The position numbers and the translations under genes were made by a program. DNA of 64,000 bases from Eubacteriales bacterium (GTDB lineage: Bacteria; Bacillota; Clostridia; Oscillospirales; Acutalibacteraceae). Below the pieces are notes generated by a model. It did no database searches, was not told the origin of the DNA, and was given only the letters and a program-made list of their open reading frames with translations. Location: contig JAQXUH010000054.1 in assembly GCA_029219885.1 (NCBI GenBank), positions 12,906 to 76,905 on the forward strand, written 5' to 3'. Positions 32,851-44,844 of the stretch are shown in pieces (the stretch's first letter is position 1; the number at the start of each line of letters is the position of its first letter).

Positions 32851-34114
32851 AAACAATCTCTCCTTTACATATAGTTAAAAGATTTTCACCTTTAAGCTTC
32901 CAATCTTTAAAGGGCGTTGCTCTGCCCATAGTTACAAATTCATCGGGATTAACTACCCATTCCCTGTCAGCATCAATCAACGCTAAATCTGCCGGCTGAC
33001 CTACTTCAATCTTGCCGCCGTCAAAGCCGAAAATCTCACGTGGTTTAACTGACATCATATCAATAAGCTTTTCAAGAGTGATAACTCCTGTTTTAACAAG
33101 CTTTGTATTCAGCACACCGAAAGCAGTTTCAAGACCTACAACGCCCATTGCAGATTTTGCAAGACCTCTTGACTTTTCATCAGCAGAATGAGGAGCGTGG
33201 TCTGTTGCAATAACATCAATTGTACCGTCAAGCACGCCGTCAATCAGTGCCTGCATATCCTCACGGCTTCTAAGCGGAGGGTTCATTTTAAATCTGCCGT
33301 CCTCCTGCAAATCTTCATCACACATTGTAAGGTAGTGAGGTCCTGTTTCGCAAGTGACCTTGACGCCGTGTGCCTTAGCATTTCTAATTATCTCCACGCT
33401 TTCCTTGGTGGAAATATGGCAGACGTGGTACTGACAGCCTGTTTCCTCAGCAAGCTTGCAGTCTCTTTCAATCTGTTTCCACTCACTTTCGGAGCAGATA
33501 CCCTTATGGCCATGAGCCTTACAGTATTCTCCGTCGTGGATATATCCGCCATGCAAAAGCTCATTGACCTCACAGTGAGCCGAAATAACCTTACCGAGCT
33601 TTGCACATTCGGTCATAGCATTTCTCATAAGTTCTTCGTCCTGCACACCCGTACCGTCATCGGAAAAGCCTGCGGTTTTATCAGCAATAGAGGCGAAATC
33701 AATAAGTTCTCCTCTGCCTTTTCTGCCCTTAGTAATAGTACCAAAAGGCACAACATCAATAACGGCATCACGCTCTATAATGTCAGTTTGTGCTTTCAAG
33801 CCTTCTACGCAATCAGGAGCAGGATTAAGATTAGGCATTGTACAAAGAAGAGTGTAACCTGCTTTTGCACCTGCAAGAGAGCCTGTCTTAATTGTCTCTT
33901 TATAAGAAAATCCCGGCTCTCTCAAATGCACATGAACATCTGCGAAACCCGGAATTAAAAAATACTTATCCATTGCGTCAATTACTCTATCAACACTATT
34001 GCCAGAATCAATAGCGGTACCAAGGGACTTGATTTTTCCGTTCTCAATAAGAACATCTGACTTTATAAAAACATTGTCGATATACGCCAAAGCGTTTTTT
34101 ATCAGCAAAGTCAT
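32837..34114 (-). CDS. pyrC: Dihydroorotase
   Basis: DVHVHLREPG, MPN, KMNPPLR, ATDHAPH. Confidence 0.95.
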   Translation of the reverse strand: MTLLIKNALAYIDNVFIKSDVLIENGKIKSLGTAIDSGNSVDRVIDAMDKYFLIPGFADVHVHLREPGFSYKETIKTGSLAGAKAGYTLLCTMPNLNPAPDCVEGLKAQTDIIERDAVIDVVPFGTITKGRKGRGELIDFASIADKTAGFSDDGTGVQDEELMRNAMTECAKLGKVISAHCEVNELLHGGYIHDGEYCKAHGHKGICSESEWKQIERDCKLAEETGCQYHVCHISTKESVEIIRNAKAHGVKVTCETGPHYLTMCDEDLQEDGRFKMNPPLRSREDMQALIDGVLDGTIDVIATDHAPHSADEKSRGLAKSAMGVVGLETAFGVLNTKLVKTGVITLEKLIDMMSVKPREIFGFDGGKIEVGQPADLALIDADREWVVNPDEFVTMGRATPFKDWKLKGENLLTICKGEIVYEAL

Positions 34115-34142
34115 AAATCACATTCCTTTCTTTATTTAACAT

Positions 34143-34172
34143 ATTATAATATATTTCTACACAGTAAGTCAA
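34143..34172 (-). promoter_or_regulatory. sigma-A-type promoter of the pyr operon
   Basis: TTGACT-18-TATAAT about 30 nt upstream of the pyrC ATG. Confidence 0.55.
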
Positions 34173-34259
34173 CATAAAAATATTAATATTATCTATTTAC
34201 TTATGAAAATTTTTGTTATATAATTAATTTGATTTTTTCTTAAATACAGGAGATAAAAA

Positions 34260-35168
34260 ATGGAATTTGTTTCAGGTGCAGGTGCAACAAACGTTGACCT
34301 GCTTTATCAAGGCTTTGACAGGCTTGCAGGCGTTGGTGAAGAGCTTTACTGCAAAGACTTTTCACTTCAGCTCGGCGGTGGTGTGCCGGCAACACTCATC
34401 AATCTCGGCAGGCTCGGCATTAACGCAAAAATTGCCACAGAGCTTGGCTGTGATATTTTTTCAAATTTTGCAAAAGAGAAATTTCAGCAAAATAACGTAT
34501 CACCAATCAATCTTTACAGCGGCGAGGATATTCCCTTAAATATCACATCGGCAATAATTTTGCCTAAGGACAGGACATTCTATACATACGGCAAGGGCAC
34601 CATTGACCCTGACGATAAAGCAAAAGAAACATTTTATCAAATGGCTAAAGGCTCAAAGGTTTGCATAATGCAGCCAGGCGGTTTTCTTGAGGTGTATAAA
34701 AAGCTCAAGATCGAGGGCACAATTCTCGTTCTTGATACAGGTTGGGATGATGAGCTGAGCTTTGAAAAATACGGCGACTATCTCGAAACCGCTGATTTCT
34801 ACACACCAAACCGCAAGGAAGCAATGCAGATTACAGGCGAGAACACTCCTGAAAAGGCTGCCTGGGCACTAAAAAAATATTTTGATAAAGTCGTAGTTAA
34901 GGTTGACGCTGACGGCTGTATAGGTATAGACGGTGACGATTATTTCTTTGTAAAAAGCGTTGAAGAATTTAAGAATGTTGATTCAACAGGTGCCGGTGAC
35001 GCTTTCCTTTCAGGCTTTATTTACGGCTTGTTTTATGACAAGAGCTTAAAAGACTGCATTGAACTTGGAAATATTACAGGCGGTAAGGCTGTTACCGAAG
35101 TTGGTGCATTAAGCGGATATTTAACGGAAGCAGAACTGCTTGAGTACAAAAATAGAATTTACGGATAA
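34260..35168 (+). CDS. PfkB family carbohydrate kinase
   Basis: LGGG near the N-terminus, PNRKEA, DSTGAGDAF. Confidence 0.88.
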   Translation: MEFVSGAGATNVDLLYQGFDRLAGVGEELYCKDFSLQLGGGVPATLINLGRLGINAKIATELGCDIFSNFAKEKFQQNNVSPINLYSGEDIPLNITSAIILPKDRTFYTYGKGTIDPDDKAKETFYQMAKGSKVCIMQPGGFLEVYKKLKIEGTILVLDTGWDDELSFEKYGDYLETADFYTPNRKEAMQITGENTPEKAAWALKKYFDKVVVKVDADGCIGIDGDDYFFVKSVEEFKNVDSTGAGDAFLSGFIYGLFYDKSLKDCIELGNITGGKAVTEVGALSGYLTEAELLEYKNRIYG

Positions 35169-35177
35169 AACAAAAAT

Positions 35178-35208
35178 GCGGAGGCTCGTGTGAGTCTCCG
35201 TTATTTTT
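35178..35208. terminator. Bidirectional intrinsic terminator
   Basis: CGGAGGCTC-GTGT-GAGTCTCCG with A and T flanks. Confidence 0.75.
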
Positions 35209-36062
35209 TACATAATATTTCTTTTAAATTTAATATCATTGTCGCTCAATTCAGCAATAACGCCGTTACAATCTGCCGTACAGATTATTGATGATTTTGC
35301 TGTTTTCATAAGCTTAATGCGGACATCGGGATAAACTCTGTTCATAGAGTTACAAATTACAGAATAATCAGGCGACAGCTTTTTAGCAAAATAGTGAGAT
35401 GTTGAGCCGAAATAACCGTGATGACCTACTTTGAGTATATCAACCTTGCCGACCTTATCTGCAATTATTTTTTCGTCGCCGTCTTTATAGTTTAAATCTC
35501 CAACAAGGAGAGCTTTTTTATTTCCGAGAGTTACAAGAGTTACAACTGAATTTATATTTTCGCCGAACTTTCTTTTCCTCTTTTTATATGAGCCGTTATA
35601 AAAGTGAATTTTAAAATCGCCAAGTGACCTTTCCCTATCGTCAAATGACTCAATCAACTCAACGTTATTTTGCTTAATCGCATCGAGCATTTGAGTGTAG
35701 ACCTCAGTATTGTCCCACCTTTTGCGTTCCATAATAAAAATGTCATCTTCATTGTATGGCTTAAGGTATGCGGTTTTAACTGATATATCAGGATGATTTA
35801 TAACCGTATCAAAGCCGCCGATATGGTCTGAATGACAATGAGTGCCAAGAACAAAATCTATATTGACTTTTCCGTTTTCATCTGCAAAGTTGTCAATGAG
35901 ATATCTTACTACCTCATCCTCATAACCCGGAAGATTAAGATTCGGCTTATCTGCGGGAAAGTCGGTATCCTCCGCTGCGTCAATCATAGCAATATGTCCG
36001 TCACTTTCGAGAATGATGCAATCGGAATGACCTGTATTTAAGAAATGAATTTTACCAAGCAT
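35208..36062 (-). CDS. MBL-fold metallo-hydrolase (ComEC/Pce-like phosphoesterase), no signal peptide
   Basis: Start MLGKIHF after AAGGAG; THCHSDHIGG, ENINS, GDL, KVGHHG. Confidence 0.82.
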   Translation of the reverse strand: MLGKIHFLNTGHSDCIILESDGHIAMIDAAEDTDFPADKPNLNLPGYEDEVVRYLIDNFADENGKVNIDFVLGTHCHSDHIGGFDTVINHPDISVKTAYLKPYNEDDIFIMERKRWDNTEVYTQMLDAIKQNNVELIESFDDRERSLGDFKIHFYNGSYKKRKRKFGENINSVVTLVTLGNKKALLVGDLNYKDGDEKIIADKVGKVDILKVGHHGYFGSTSHYFAKKLSPDYSVICNSMNRVYPDVRIKLMKTAKSSIICTADCNGVIAELSDNDIKFKRNIM

Positions 36063-36072
36063 ATGTAGCTCC

Positions 36073-36909
36073 TTAAGCAAAATATTTTTTATAGATATAA
36101 TCGGCAATACCCTCGTTGTTTGAACAGCCTGTATCGTCGGAAATTCTTTGAATTTCACCTGACGCATTAGACGGCGAAACCGAAACATCCGACGCAGAAA
36201 ACATTGAAATATCGTTTTTGCTGTCCCCTGCCGTGATAACCTTGTCCCAAGAAATATTCAGCATTTCGCAAAGTCTTGAAAGTGCCTTACCCTTTGAAAC
36301 ATTACAAGGCATTATCTCGATATTATTGTCCATTGAGGTTGTAAAAATAATATCGTCAATATCCTTGAGCCTACGCATACATTCTGTGCGTTCGGAAAGA
36401 TTTTTAAAGAACACATTAAAAATCTCTGTCTTTTCAGTATTCTTTACATACTCGTTTAAATTATCCTTGCCAACTCTCGTTTGAGTAATTACATCTCTGT
36501 AATTGGGGTCAATAGCGTAATATTCATACGATTTTTCATTTATTTTTTTCTTGTCGGTAACAGGATATCCGTTTTCGTAAAGCTCAATCATCGTGTCGTA
36601 TTCGTCAAGGAGATTAAATATCTCAGCTGCCAAAGAATTGCTGAAATATTCAGAAAACAAAGCCTCTTTGCTGTTATTATTTACTGCAACGGCACCATCG
36701 GAATAAATAATGTATTTAATACACTCGAGATTTCTTACGGCATCAGGTATTTCAAAATATGTTCTGCCTGTTACCACAACAAAATGAGCACCGAGAGAGG
36801 TTATATTTTTGATAGCGTCAATATTTTTTTCGGTCAAATTGCTGTTATCATCGAGAAGAGTTCCGTCAAGGTCGCAGGCTACAAGATTATATTTCACTGC
36901 TTTTCTCAC
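36073..36909 (-). CDS. Cof-type HAD-IIB phosphatase
   Basis: DLDGTLL, TGR, SKG, GDSKND. Confidence 0.9.
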   Translation of the reverse strand: MRKAVKYNLVACDLDGTLLDDNSNLTEKNIDAIKNITSLGAHFVVVTGRTYFEIPDAVRNLECIKYIIYSDGAVAVNNNSKEALFSEYFSNSLAAEIFNLLDEYDTMIELYENGYPVTDKKKINEKSYEYYAIDPNYRDVITQTRVGKDNLNEYVKNTEKTEIFNVFFKNLSERTECMRRLKDIDDIIFTTSMDNNIEIMPCNVSKGKALSRLCEMLNISWDKVITAGDSKNDISMFSASDVSVSPSNASGEIQRISDDTGCSNNEGIADYIYKKYFA

Positions 36910-37333
36910 CCTCCTTAATTCCGACGTGGTAGATTACAAACAGGTTAAGAGAAAGAACTGCAAGCTGAATAATTAACTGAACGGCAAAATGATTACCGCT
37001 GAGAGAATTTACATAACTGCCTGCTAATGCTGAAAACCATCCGCCGACAAATGAAAGCACAAGTCCTAATACAATCATCATAGCTGTTTTTGTATTTTCA
37101 ACCTTTAAGGATATGAATGTTTCTGTGCAGAAAATACTGATAAGCTCAATTGCCACAGAAGTAAAAAGCAAATCTTTATAGAAAATTCCGAAGAAATTAT
37201 ATACAGGCAAATGATTATCAGGGGTCTGACTGTTAATTTTAAAAACCAAGAAATACAAAATACAAAAGCATACCATTCCCACCGATAATGAAATTAAATA
37301 TGCAAGTGCAAATTGTTTCTTTTTATCTTTCAT
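36887..37333 (-). CDS. Hypothetical 4-TM membrane protein
   Basis: AGGAG SD, four hydrophobic segments, overlaps the HAD gene. Confidence 0.65.
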   Translation of the reverse strand: MKDKKKQFALAYLISLSVGMVCFCILYFLVFKINSQTPDNHLPVYNFFGIFYKDLLFTSVAIELISIFCTETFISLKVENTKTAMMIVLGLVLSFVGGWFSALAGSYVNSLSGNHFAVQLIIQLAVLSLNLFVIYHVGIKEGEKSSEI

Positions 37334-37349
37334 AAAAATCTCCTCTTTG

Positions 37350-37865
37350 TTAATGCTGTTCAGGCTTTTTTACTCTGTGAATGAGATATCGTTCAATAGG
37401 ATAAGTCCAAATAGTCGGAATGTTGATAATAATGAATTTTGAAATAATTTCCGTTAAAGGATTTGAAATATTGTGAGCCGTCATAAATGTTCCGAATGCT
37501 CCGCCAATCCACGAACTGACGAGAATATTGAATATGGCAAGAATGAAATAAAGCGTTGAGCTGTACGCAGGATTGATATTTGAATGGAAAGTCAGCTTTC
37601 TGTTCATTATATAAGCTGCCACATATCCTGCGGTGGTTGATATAAGATAGGAAATCAAATAACCTTTATACCTGATGCCGAGAAAGGACAAAAGTGCGCT
37701 GTCCGGTAAAGGCTCACTGTTAAGGCTCTTGAATATGAAATACAAGCAAATCAAGTAGGTTACTATATCAAGTGCTGATGTAACAATGACTGTTATATTA
37801 AATTTAATAAATTTCCAAAGCTCCTTGTGCTTTTTCTTAAATCTTGCAAAGCTTTCGTTATTCAT
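37350..37865 (-). CDS. GtrA family membrane protein
   Basis: WKFIKF, YIMNRKLTF, WTYP; 4 TM. Confidence 0.75.
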   Translation of the reverse strand: MNNESFARFKKKHKELWKFIKFNITVIVTSALDIVTYLICLYFIFKSLNSEPLPDSALLSFLGIRYKGYLISYLISTTAGYVAAYIMNRKLTFHSNINPAYSSTLYFILAIFNILVSSWIGGAFGTFMTAHNISNPLTEIISKFIIINIPTIWTYPIERYLIHRVKKPEQH

Positions 37866-38433
37866 TTACAGGCTTCTTCTTTCTGTGAATTACAAATCTG
37901 TTAAGCGGATAAGTCCAAATTGTAGGGACTGTCATTACAACAAGCTTTGTAAGCATTACGATAAATACGCTGTCATAGCCTTTATTTTGGATGAGCGTAC
38001 CTAAAAACGCACCAAACCAAGTGTTAAACGCAATTGTGCAGACAACCATAATTGTGTAGAGAATTGTTGATAAAACAGGATTTGCGTCTGCTTTAAATGT
38101 AAGTTTTCTGTTCATAACATAAGCGGCAGCATAGCCAATTACAGCGGAAATAAAATATGAATACATATAGCCTTTGTATTCAATTCCCAAAAACGCAAGT
38201 ACAGGACTGTCTGTTACGGGAACCTGATTAAGCGACTTGAAAACGCCGTACTGCAAAACTGCAAAAACCGCCATTTCAAGAACAGATGTACTGGCACCTG
38301 TGAATGTAAATTTGATAAACTTCCAAATTTCTGCGTGCTTTTTAGCAAAGGCAGTAAATTTTTCTTTAAGCTCGGAATTCTTCTTTGAGCTGTTTTGATT
38401 GCTGATGTTTTTTGCTTCGTCCATAGATTTCAC
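37858..38433 (-). CDS. GtrA family membrane protein (paralogue of the adjacent gene)
   Basis: WKFIKF, YVMNRKLTF, WTYPLNRF. Confidence 0.78.
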   Translation of the reverse strand: MKSMDEAKNISNQNSSKKNSELKEKFTAFAKKHAEIWKFIKFTFTGASTSVLEMAVFAVLQYGVFKSLNQVPVTDSPVLAFLGIEYKGYMYSYFISAVIGYAAAYVMNRKLTFKADANPVLSTILYTIMVVCTIAFNTWFGAFLGTLIQNKGYDSVFIVMLTKLVVMTVPTIWTYPLNRFVIHRKKKPVNE

Positions 38434-38568
38434 CTTTCATACTTATCTTTTACGAAATAATTATAAATCGGTAATGTAAAATCTAAGTAAGAATTGAGGT
38501 AAAATGTAGGTAATTATTTTGTAAAGAGAAAACGACTGCCTCAGCAAAAAACCAAGACAGCCGAAATG

Positions 38569-41400
38569 TTAATTTTTCTTTTCCAAAAGTGGTTTGAGGT
38601 ACTGACCTGTATATGATGCTTCGCACTCGCAAATTTCTTCAGGAGTTCCGCAGGTGACGATTGTTCCACCGCCTTTACCGCCTTCAGGTCCTAAATCAAT
38701 AATATGGTCGGCAGTTTTGATAACATCAAGGTTGTGTTCAATTACAACAATTGTATTACCTGCGTCAACAAGCATATTAAGAACATTGACAAGCCTGTGT
38801 ACATCGGCAGTATGAAGTCCCGTTGTAGGCTCGTCGAGAATATAAATTGTCTTTCCCGTACTTCTTCTCGAAAGCTCGGTAGCAAGCTTAACTCTCTGTG
38901 CTTCACCACCAGAAAGAGTAGTTGCACTCTGTCCGATTTTTATATATCCTAAACCTACATCCTGAAGAGTTTTCAGCTTGCGATAAATTTTAGGCTGTTG
39001 AGAGAAAAACTCTACGCCCTCATCAACAGTCATTTCAAGAACATCAAAAATTGACTTGCCCTTGAATTTAACCTCCAAGGTTTCACGATTATAACGCTTA
39101 CCCCCACAAACATCGCAAGGAACATAGACATCTGCTAAAAAGTGCATTTCAATCTTAACTATACCGTCACCCTCGCAGGCTTCACAGCGTCCGCCCTTAA
39201 CATTAAATGAAAAGCGGTTAGCCTTATAGCCACGCTGTTTAGCATCGGCAGTTTGAGCAAAAAGCTCCCTTATATCGTTGAAAACGCCTGTATAGGTGGC
39301 AGGGTTTGAACGAGGTGTTCTGCCGATTGGTGACTGGTCGATATTGATTACCTTGTCGAGATTATCTGCACCTGTTATCTTTTCAAATTTACCAGGTCGC
39401 TTTTTAGCTCCATTTAAAGTATTTGCAAGATACTTGTACAAAATCTCGTTAACGAGACTTGATTTTCCCGAACCTGAAACACCGGTAACAGCAATAAATT
39501 TGCCTAAAGGAAATTCAACATCAATATTCTTAAGATTATTTTCTTTTGCACCGAAAACAGTAAGCTTTTTACCATTTCCTGCACGTCTTTTTTCGGGAAC
39601 AGGAATAAAGCGTTTTCCGCTGAGATACATACCTGTAACGGAACGTTCACAGTTTATGATATCGTCAACAGTTCCTGCTGCCACAAGCTCACCGCCGTGA
39701 ATACCTGCACAGGGACCGATATCCACAATGAAGTCTGCGTTTCTCATTGTGTCCTCATCGTGCTCAACAACAATAAGAGTGTTACCCAAATCACGAAGAT
39801 TTTTAAGAGTTTTGAGCAGTTTGTCGTTATCCCTTTGATGAAGACCGATTGACGGCTCATCGAGGATATAAAGTACACCCATAAGAGACGAACCAATCTG
39901 CGTTGCAAGGCGAATTCTCTGTGCCTCTCCGCCTGAAAGCGTTGCCGCCTCTCTTGAAAGTGAAAGATAATCAAGACCAACAGCGTTAAGAAATTCCAGA
40001 CGCTGTTTTATTTCGTTTATAACAAGATTACCGATTAACTGCTGTCTTTCCGTAAGCTGAAGATTATTGATAAAATCAAGCTCTTCAGAAATAGGCATTG
40101 AGCAGAACTCGTGAATATTCTTTCCGCCGATAGTTACGCTGAGGATTTCAGGAGTAAGCCTTGAGCCTTTACAATCAGGACAGGTACAGGTCGTCATAAC
40201 AGCCTCTATATCAGACCTTGCCCAATCAGATGTAGTTTCATTATATCGACGCTGAAGATTTGAAATAATGCCCTCAAAGTCATTTTTATAAGTTCCGTTA
40301 CCATAGGACGTAACTCTCTGCATTTCAATCTTCTTGCCGTCTGTGCCATATAAAATAGCGTGAAGTCCCTCTTCGTTAATCATTTCAACAGGAACATCAA
40401 GAGAGAAATTATAGGCTTTTGCAAGTCCCTCAAAATACATTCTTGCAATACTGCCGTCCTTGATATTCCAGCCTGATGCTTTAATTGCTCCCTGATTGAT
40501 AGAAAGCTTTTTATTAGGAATAATCAATTCAGGTGAGATTTCTTTATAAGAGCCAAGACCTGAGCACTTCTTACAAGCACCGAAAGGATTGTTGAAAGAG
40601 AACATTCTCGGACTCATTTCCTCAATAACTGCTCCGTGTTCAGGACAGGCGTAATTAAGAGAAAACAACTCTTCCCTGTCGCCCACAATATCAACAAGAA
40701 CTGTACCTTCTGTTAAATGCGTTGCAGTTTCGATTGAGTCGGTAAGTCTTGACTTAATATCAGGGTTTATTACAAGACGGTCAACAATAACATCAATATA
40801 ATGTTTTTTGTTCTTTTCAAGCTTAATTTCTTCTGAAAGGTCATAAACAGAACCGTCAATACGCACTCTTACAAAGCCTGACTTCCTAATATTGTCAAGC
40901 TCCTTGACATACTCGCCTTTTCTCCCCCTGACGATAGGTGCCATAATCTGTATTTTTGTTTTTTCCTCGAGCGACATTATTTGGTCAACTATCTGGTCAA
41001 CAGTCTGCTGAGAAATTTCTCTGCCGCATTTTGTACAATGAGGAGTGCCTATTCTTGCATAAAGAAGTCTTAAGTAATCGTATATCTCGGTTACTGTTCC
41101 CACAGTTGAACGAGGGTTTCTGGCAGTAGTTTTTTGGTCAATTGAAATCGCAGGAGAAAGTCCGTCGATATAATCAACATCCGGCTTTTCCATCTGTCCT
41201 AAAAACTGCCTTGCGTATGATGAAAGAGATTCAACATATCTACGCTGTCCCTCTGCATAAATCGTGTCAAAAGCAAGACTTGATTTTCCCGAGCCTGAAA
41301 GTCCGGTGAAAACGACGAGCTTATCTCTTGGTATTTCAATGTCAATATTTTTAAGGTTATGCTCACGTGCACCTTTTACAACTATATTTTTGTTCATCAT
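38569..41400 (-). CDS. uvrA: Excinuclease ABC subunit A
   Basis: GAREHNLKN, two ABC modules, LSGGEAQR twice, zinc fingers. Confidence 0.98.
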   Translation of the reverse strand: MMNKNIVVKGAREHNLKNIDIEIPRDKLVVFTGLSGSGKSSLAFDTIYAEGQRRYVESLSSYARQFLGQMEKPDVDYIDGLSPAISIDQKTTARNPRSTVGTVTEIYDYLRLLYARIGTPHCTKCGREISQQTVDQIVDQIMSLEEKTKIQIMAPIVRGRKGEYVKELDNIRKSGFVRVRIDGSVYDLSEEIKLEKNKKHYIDVIVDRLVINPDIKSRLTDSIETATHLTEGTVLVDIVGDREELFSLNYACPEHGAVIEEMSPRMFSFNNPFGACKKCSGLGSYKEISPELIIPNKKLSINQGAIKASGWNIKDGSIARMYFEGLAKAYNFSLDVPVEMINEEGLHAILYGTDGKKIEMQRVTSYGNGTYKNDFEGIISNLQRRYNETTSDWARSDIEAVMTTCTCPDCKGSRLTPEILSVTIGGKNIHEFCSMPISEELDFINNLQLTERQQLIGNLVINEIKQRLEFLNAVGLDYLSLSREAATLSGGEAQRIRLATQIGSSLMGVLYILDEPSIGLHQRDNDKLLKTLKNLRDLGNTLIVVEHDEDTMRNADFIVDIGPCAGIHGGELVAAGTVDDIINCERSVTGMYLSGKRFIPVPEKRRAGNGKKLTVFGAKENNLKNIDVEFPLGKFIAVTGVSGSGKSSLVNEILYKYLANTLNGAKKRPGKFEKITGADNLDKVINIDQSPIGRTPRSNPATYTGVFNDIRELFAQTADAKQRGYKANRFSFNVKGGRCEACEGDGIVKIEMHFLADVYVPCDVCGGKRYNRETLEVKFKGKSIFDVLEMTVDEGVEFFSQQPKIYRKLKTLQDVGLGYIKIGQSATTLSGGEAQRVKLATELSRRSTGKTIYILDEPTTGLHTADVHRLVNVLNMLVDAGNTIVVIEHNLDVIKTADHIIDLGPEGGKGGGTIVTCGTPEEICECEASYTGQYLKPLLEKKN

Positions 41401-42815
41401 TCATCACCAATCCTTTCTCTCTTATATTTGTCATAGGCATCTTTGCCCTCTTGAGTAACAGGCTTTATCCATTTCTTTGAACGATAGAACAAGAAACTGA
41501 ATATATTTTTAGGTATATCCTCAAACACATACATTACCGCAAAAGCCACAATAAATGGTGCTTTGAACACATAAACTGCAAGGAGTGTTGCAGGAACAGC
41601 AAGTGCCCAAAGTGTTAAAAGCTCAAATTTTGCACCTGTAATTGTGTCGCCGCCTGAACGGAAAATTGCCACAATTTCAAGATAAGGCATCATTCTGAAC
41701 GGAAAAGCAACTGCATATATCAGCATCAGCGTTTGTGCGGTGCTGATTGCGGTTTGGCTAACATTATTACCCATATTGAATATGCTTACAAGCTGTCCCC
41801 TGAAAATAACAATAAACACCGAAATTATTACAGCAAGGACAGGTACGATAATCATAAACCGCTTTGACTCCAAAAGTCCTTTTTCAATCTTTCCTTGACC
41901 GATTGATTTTCCAATCATTACCGACGCTGCACTTGATATACCAATAAATATTACAAATGCGATATTTTCAAAGCTTCTCAGTATTGTTAAAGCAGAAAAA
42001 TACTCATATCCCATATTACCGAATATGATATTGAAAATAAATGTTCCTGCACCCCACATACCCTCATTAAGTACAACAGGTGCCGCCTTGATAAGATATG
42101 AGGACAGCTCATTTTTTGAAAATGAAAAATACTCTTTAAAATGACCGATAAGTATATTTTTCTGCAAAAGCGAAATTACAATAATAAGTATTGTACCTGC
42201 CCAAGCGGAAATTACAGTTGCAAGAGCCGCACCTCTGACGCCCATCTTAGAAAATCCGAATTTACCGAAAATCATACAGTAGTCGAGAAAAATATTCAAA
42301 ACAGTAGTAAACGCAGAAGCGTACATCGGCAGTTTTACATTTTCCACAGACCTTAAAATTGCGGCGAAAATGTTAGTAAGTGCAACGGGAATATATGAAA
42401 AAGCAACAATCTTTAAATACATTACGCCTGTTTCAATAACCTGAGGGTCGGAGTTAAACATTCTCACAACACCCTGAGGAATTATAAAGCTTATAGCAGT
42501 AAAAATGAGAGATACAACAATTGCAAATATAATTGAAATACCCGATATACGCTTTATTTTTTCATTATCCTTAATACCCCAGAACTGAGATATAAATACG
42601 GTTGTGGCAGAACAAAAGCCTACAAGCACCATTGTCATCAGCCACGACCATTGACCTATCATACCAACAGACGAAAGTGCAACAGTACCCAAGCTGCTGA
42701 CAAGCAAAGTATCTGCAAGAGTAAAAGAACTTGTCAGTAAGTTTTGAAGTGCAACAGGTATTGTCAGCCTGACAGCCGTTTTCCAAAATTCTTTATCGTT
42801 AAAAAGTTTAGTCAT
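41397..42815 (-). CDS. MATE family efflux transporter
   Basis: About 12 [19 protein letters not shown]; overlaps both uvr genes. Confidence 0.9.
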   Translation of the reverse strand: MTKLFNDKEFWKTAVRLTIPVALQNLLTSSFTLADTLLVSSLGTVALSSVGMIGQWSWLMTMVLVGFCSATTVFISQFWGIKDNEKIKRISGISIIFAIVVSLIFTAISFIIPQGVVRMFNSDPQVIETGVMYLKIVAFSYIPVALTNIFAAILRSVENVKLPMYASAFTTVLNIFLDYCMIFGKFGFSKMGVRGAALATVISAWAGTILIIVISLLQKNILIGHFKEYFSFSKNELSSYLIKAAPVVLNEGMWGAGTFIFNIIFGNMGYEYFSALTILRSFENIAFVIFIGISSAASVMIGKSIGQGKIEKGLLESKRFMIIVPVLAVIISVFIVIFRGQLVSIFNMGNNVSQTAISTAQTLMLIYAVAFPFRMMPYLEIVAIFRSGGDTITGAKFELLTLWALAVPATLLAVYVFKAPFIVAFAVMYVFEDIPKNIFSFLFYRSKKWIKPVTQEGKDAYDKYKRERIGDE

Positions 42816-44772
42816 TTGTTTTTCCTTCAAGCTCTGCGATTTGGTCACGCAGAAAGGCAGCGTGTTCAAATTCAAGCATACGTGCAGCCTCTTTCATTTC
42901 CTTAGTAAGCTGATTGATAAGAAGCTGTTTTTCTTTCTTGGTAAGATGCTTACGCTTGCCCTCAATTTTTTCTTTAGATGTAATTTCAATAATTTGATGA
43001 ACGTCTTTTTTGATTGTTTGCGGCGTAATTCCGTGAGCCTCGTTATACTGCTCCTGAATTTTTCTTCGTCTGACGGTTTCGGTAATAGCTCGTTCCATAG
43101 ACGGCGTAACGCTGTCGGCATACATAATTACCTCGCCGTTTTCGTTTCTTGCAGCTCTGCCGATTGTCTGTACAAGAGAGGTTTCACTTCTCAAGAATCC
43201 CTCTTTGTCGGCATCAAGAATTGCGACTAAAGATACCTCTGGAATATCAAGGCCCTCACGCAAAAGGTTAATACCCACAAGAACATCAAATTCTCCTAGA
43301 CGCAAATCACGGATAATTTCCATACGCTCGATAGTGTCAATATCGTGATGCATATATCTGACCTTAACACCGAAATCTTCAAGATACTTCGTTAAATCTT
43401 CTGCCATTGCCTTTGTAAGAGTAGTAACAAGAACTCTTTCTTTACGCTGAGCACGGATATTGATTTCAGAAAGCAGGTCGTCCATTTGGTCCTCTGTAGG
43501 CTTAACTGTAATTATCGGGTCAAGAAGTCCCGTCGGTCTTATTACCTGCTCAACAATCTGTGTGCTGTGTTCCTTTTCAAATTCGCCCGGAGTAGCAGAA
43601 GTGAATACAACCTGATTAATTTTGCTGTAAAACTCATCAAACATAAGAGGTCTGTTATCAAGAGCACTTGGAAGTCTGAAGCCGTATTCCACAAGGCTTT
43701 CCTTTCTCGCTCTGTCACCTGCATACATACCTCTGACCTGTGGGAGCATAACATGGCTTTCATCGCAGAAAAGCAGAAAATCATCAGGAAAATAATCAAT
43801 AAGAGTAAAAGGTGCTTCGCCGGGTTTTCTGCCGCTCATTACCGCAGAATAGTTCTCGATACCTTTGCAAAAGCCTGTTTCCCTGAGCATTTCAATATCA
43901 TTCATTGTACGCTCTCTTATTCTCTGTGCCTCAAGGAGCTTGCCTTTTTCCTCAAAATAAGCAACTCTCTCAACCATTTCATTATATATCTTGTCAATGG
44001 CAACATTCATTTTTTCCGCACCCACAACATAATGAGATGCAGGATAAATACACACGTGAGAGAGAATACCCTCAACCTTGCCGGTAAGTGGCTGAATTTC
44101 GCAAATACGGTCAATTTCGTCACCGAAAAATTCAATTCTTACAGCATTACCCGATGAACCCGCAGGGAAAATCTCCACAGTATCTCCCCTGACTCTGAAC
44201 TTATTTCTCACGAAATTGATATCGTTACGCTCATACTGAATAGACACAAGCTTTTCAATAAGAGCATCTCTGCCGTATTCCATACCTGAACGCAGAGAGA
44301 TAACCATACTTTGATAATCAATAGGGTCGCCGATAGAATAAATACAGGAAACAGATGCAACAATTATAACGTCACGGCGTTCAAACAGAGCCGCTGTTGC
44401 AGAGTGACGTAGCTTGTCTATCTCATCATTGATTGCCGAGTCCTTTTCGATATAAGTATCGGTTGTGGGAACATACGCCTCAGGCTGATAATAGTCATAG
44501 TAAGATACAAAATACTCAACAGCATTTTCAGGAAAGAACTCACGGAACTCGCTGCAAAGCTGTGCAGCTAAAGTTTTGTTGTGGGCAAGAACAAGAGTAG
44601 GTCTGTTAATTTTTTCGATAATATTAGCCATAGTAAAGGTTTTACCTGAACCTGTAACGCCCATAAGCGTCTGCTCTTTATCACCTGCAAGTATGCCTTT
44701 AACGAGAGCATCTATCGCTTCAGGCTGGTCGCCTGTGGGTTTATATTTACTGACCAGCTTAAACTTGTCCAT
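42808..44772 (-). CDS. uvrB: Excinuclease ABC subunit B
   Basis: [33 protein letters not shown]. Confidence 0.98.
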   Translation of the reverse strand: MDKFKLVSKYKPTGDQPEAIDALVKGILAGDKEQTLMGVTGSGKTFTMANIIEKINRPTLVLAHNKTLAAQLCSEFREFFPENAVEYFVSYYDYYQPEAYVPTTDTYIEKDSAINDEIDKLRHSATAALFERRDVIIVASVSCIYSIGDPIDYQSMVISLRSGMEYGRDALIEKLVSIQYERNDINFVRNKFRVRGDTVEIFPAGSSGNAVRIEFFGDEIDRICEIQPLTGKVEGILSHVCIYPASHYVVGAEKMNVAIDKIYNEMVERVAYFEEKGKLLEAQRIRERTMNDIEMLRETGFCKGIENYSAVMSGRKPGEAPFTLIDYFPDDFLLFCDESHVMLPQVRGMYAGDRARKESLVEYGFRLPSALDNRPLMFDEFYSKINQVVFTSATPGEFEKEHSTQIVEQVIRPTGLLDPIITVKPTEDQMDDLLSEINIRAQRKERVLVTTLTKAMAEDLTKYLEDFGVKVRYMHHDIDTIERMEIIRDLRLGEFDVLVGINLLREGLDIPEVSLVAILDADKEGFLRSETSLVQTIGRAARNENGEVIMYADSVTPSMERAITETVRRRKIQEQYNEAHGITPQTIKKDVHQIIEITSKEKIEGKRKHLTKKEKQLLINQLTKEMKEAARMLEFEHAAFLRDQIAELEGKTND

Positions 44773-44844
44773 TTTAACACCTCTTATTCTTTTATCTCCA
44801 CCTGAGTATTATGCTCTTATTTCGTAATTTTCCGCATTTAGAGT

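Noticed and set aside
33188-33958. Long antisense ORFs (also 43486..44157, 57460..58068, 60374..61063 and many shorter ones)
   Set aside because: They lie opposite well-conserved genes and have no recognisable motifs; codon-bias shadows
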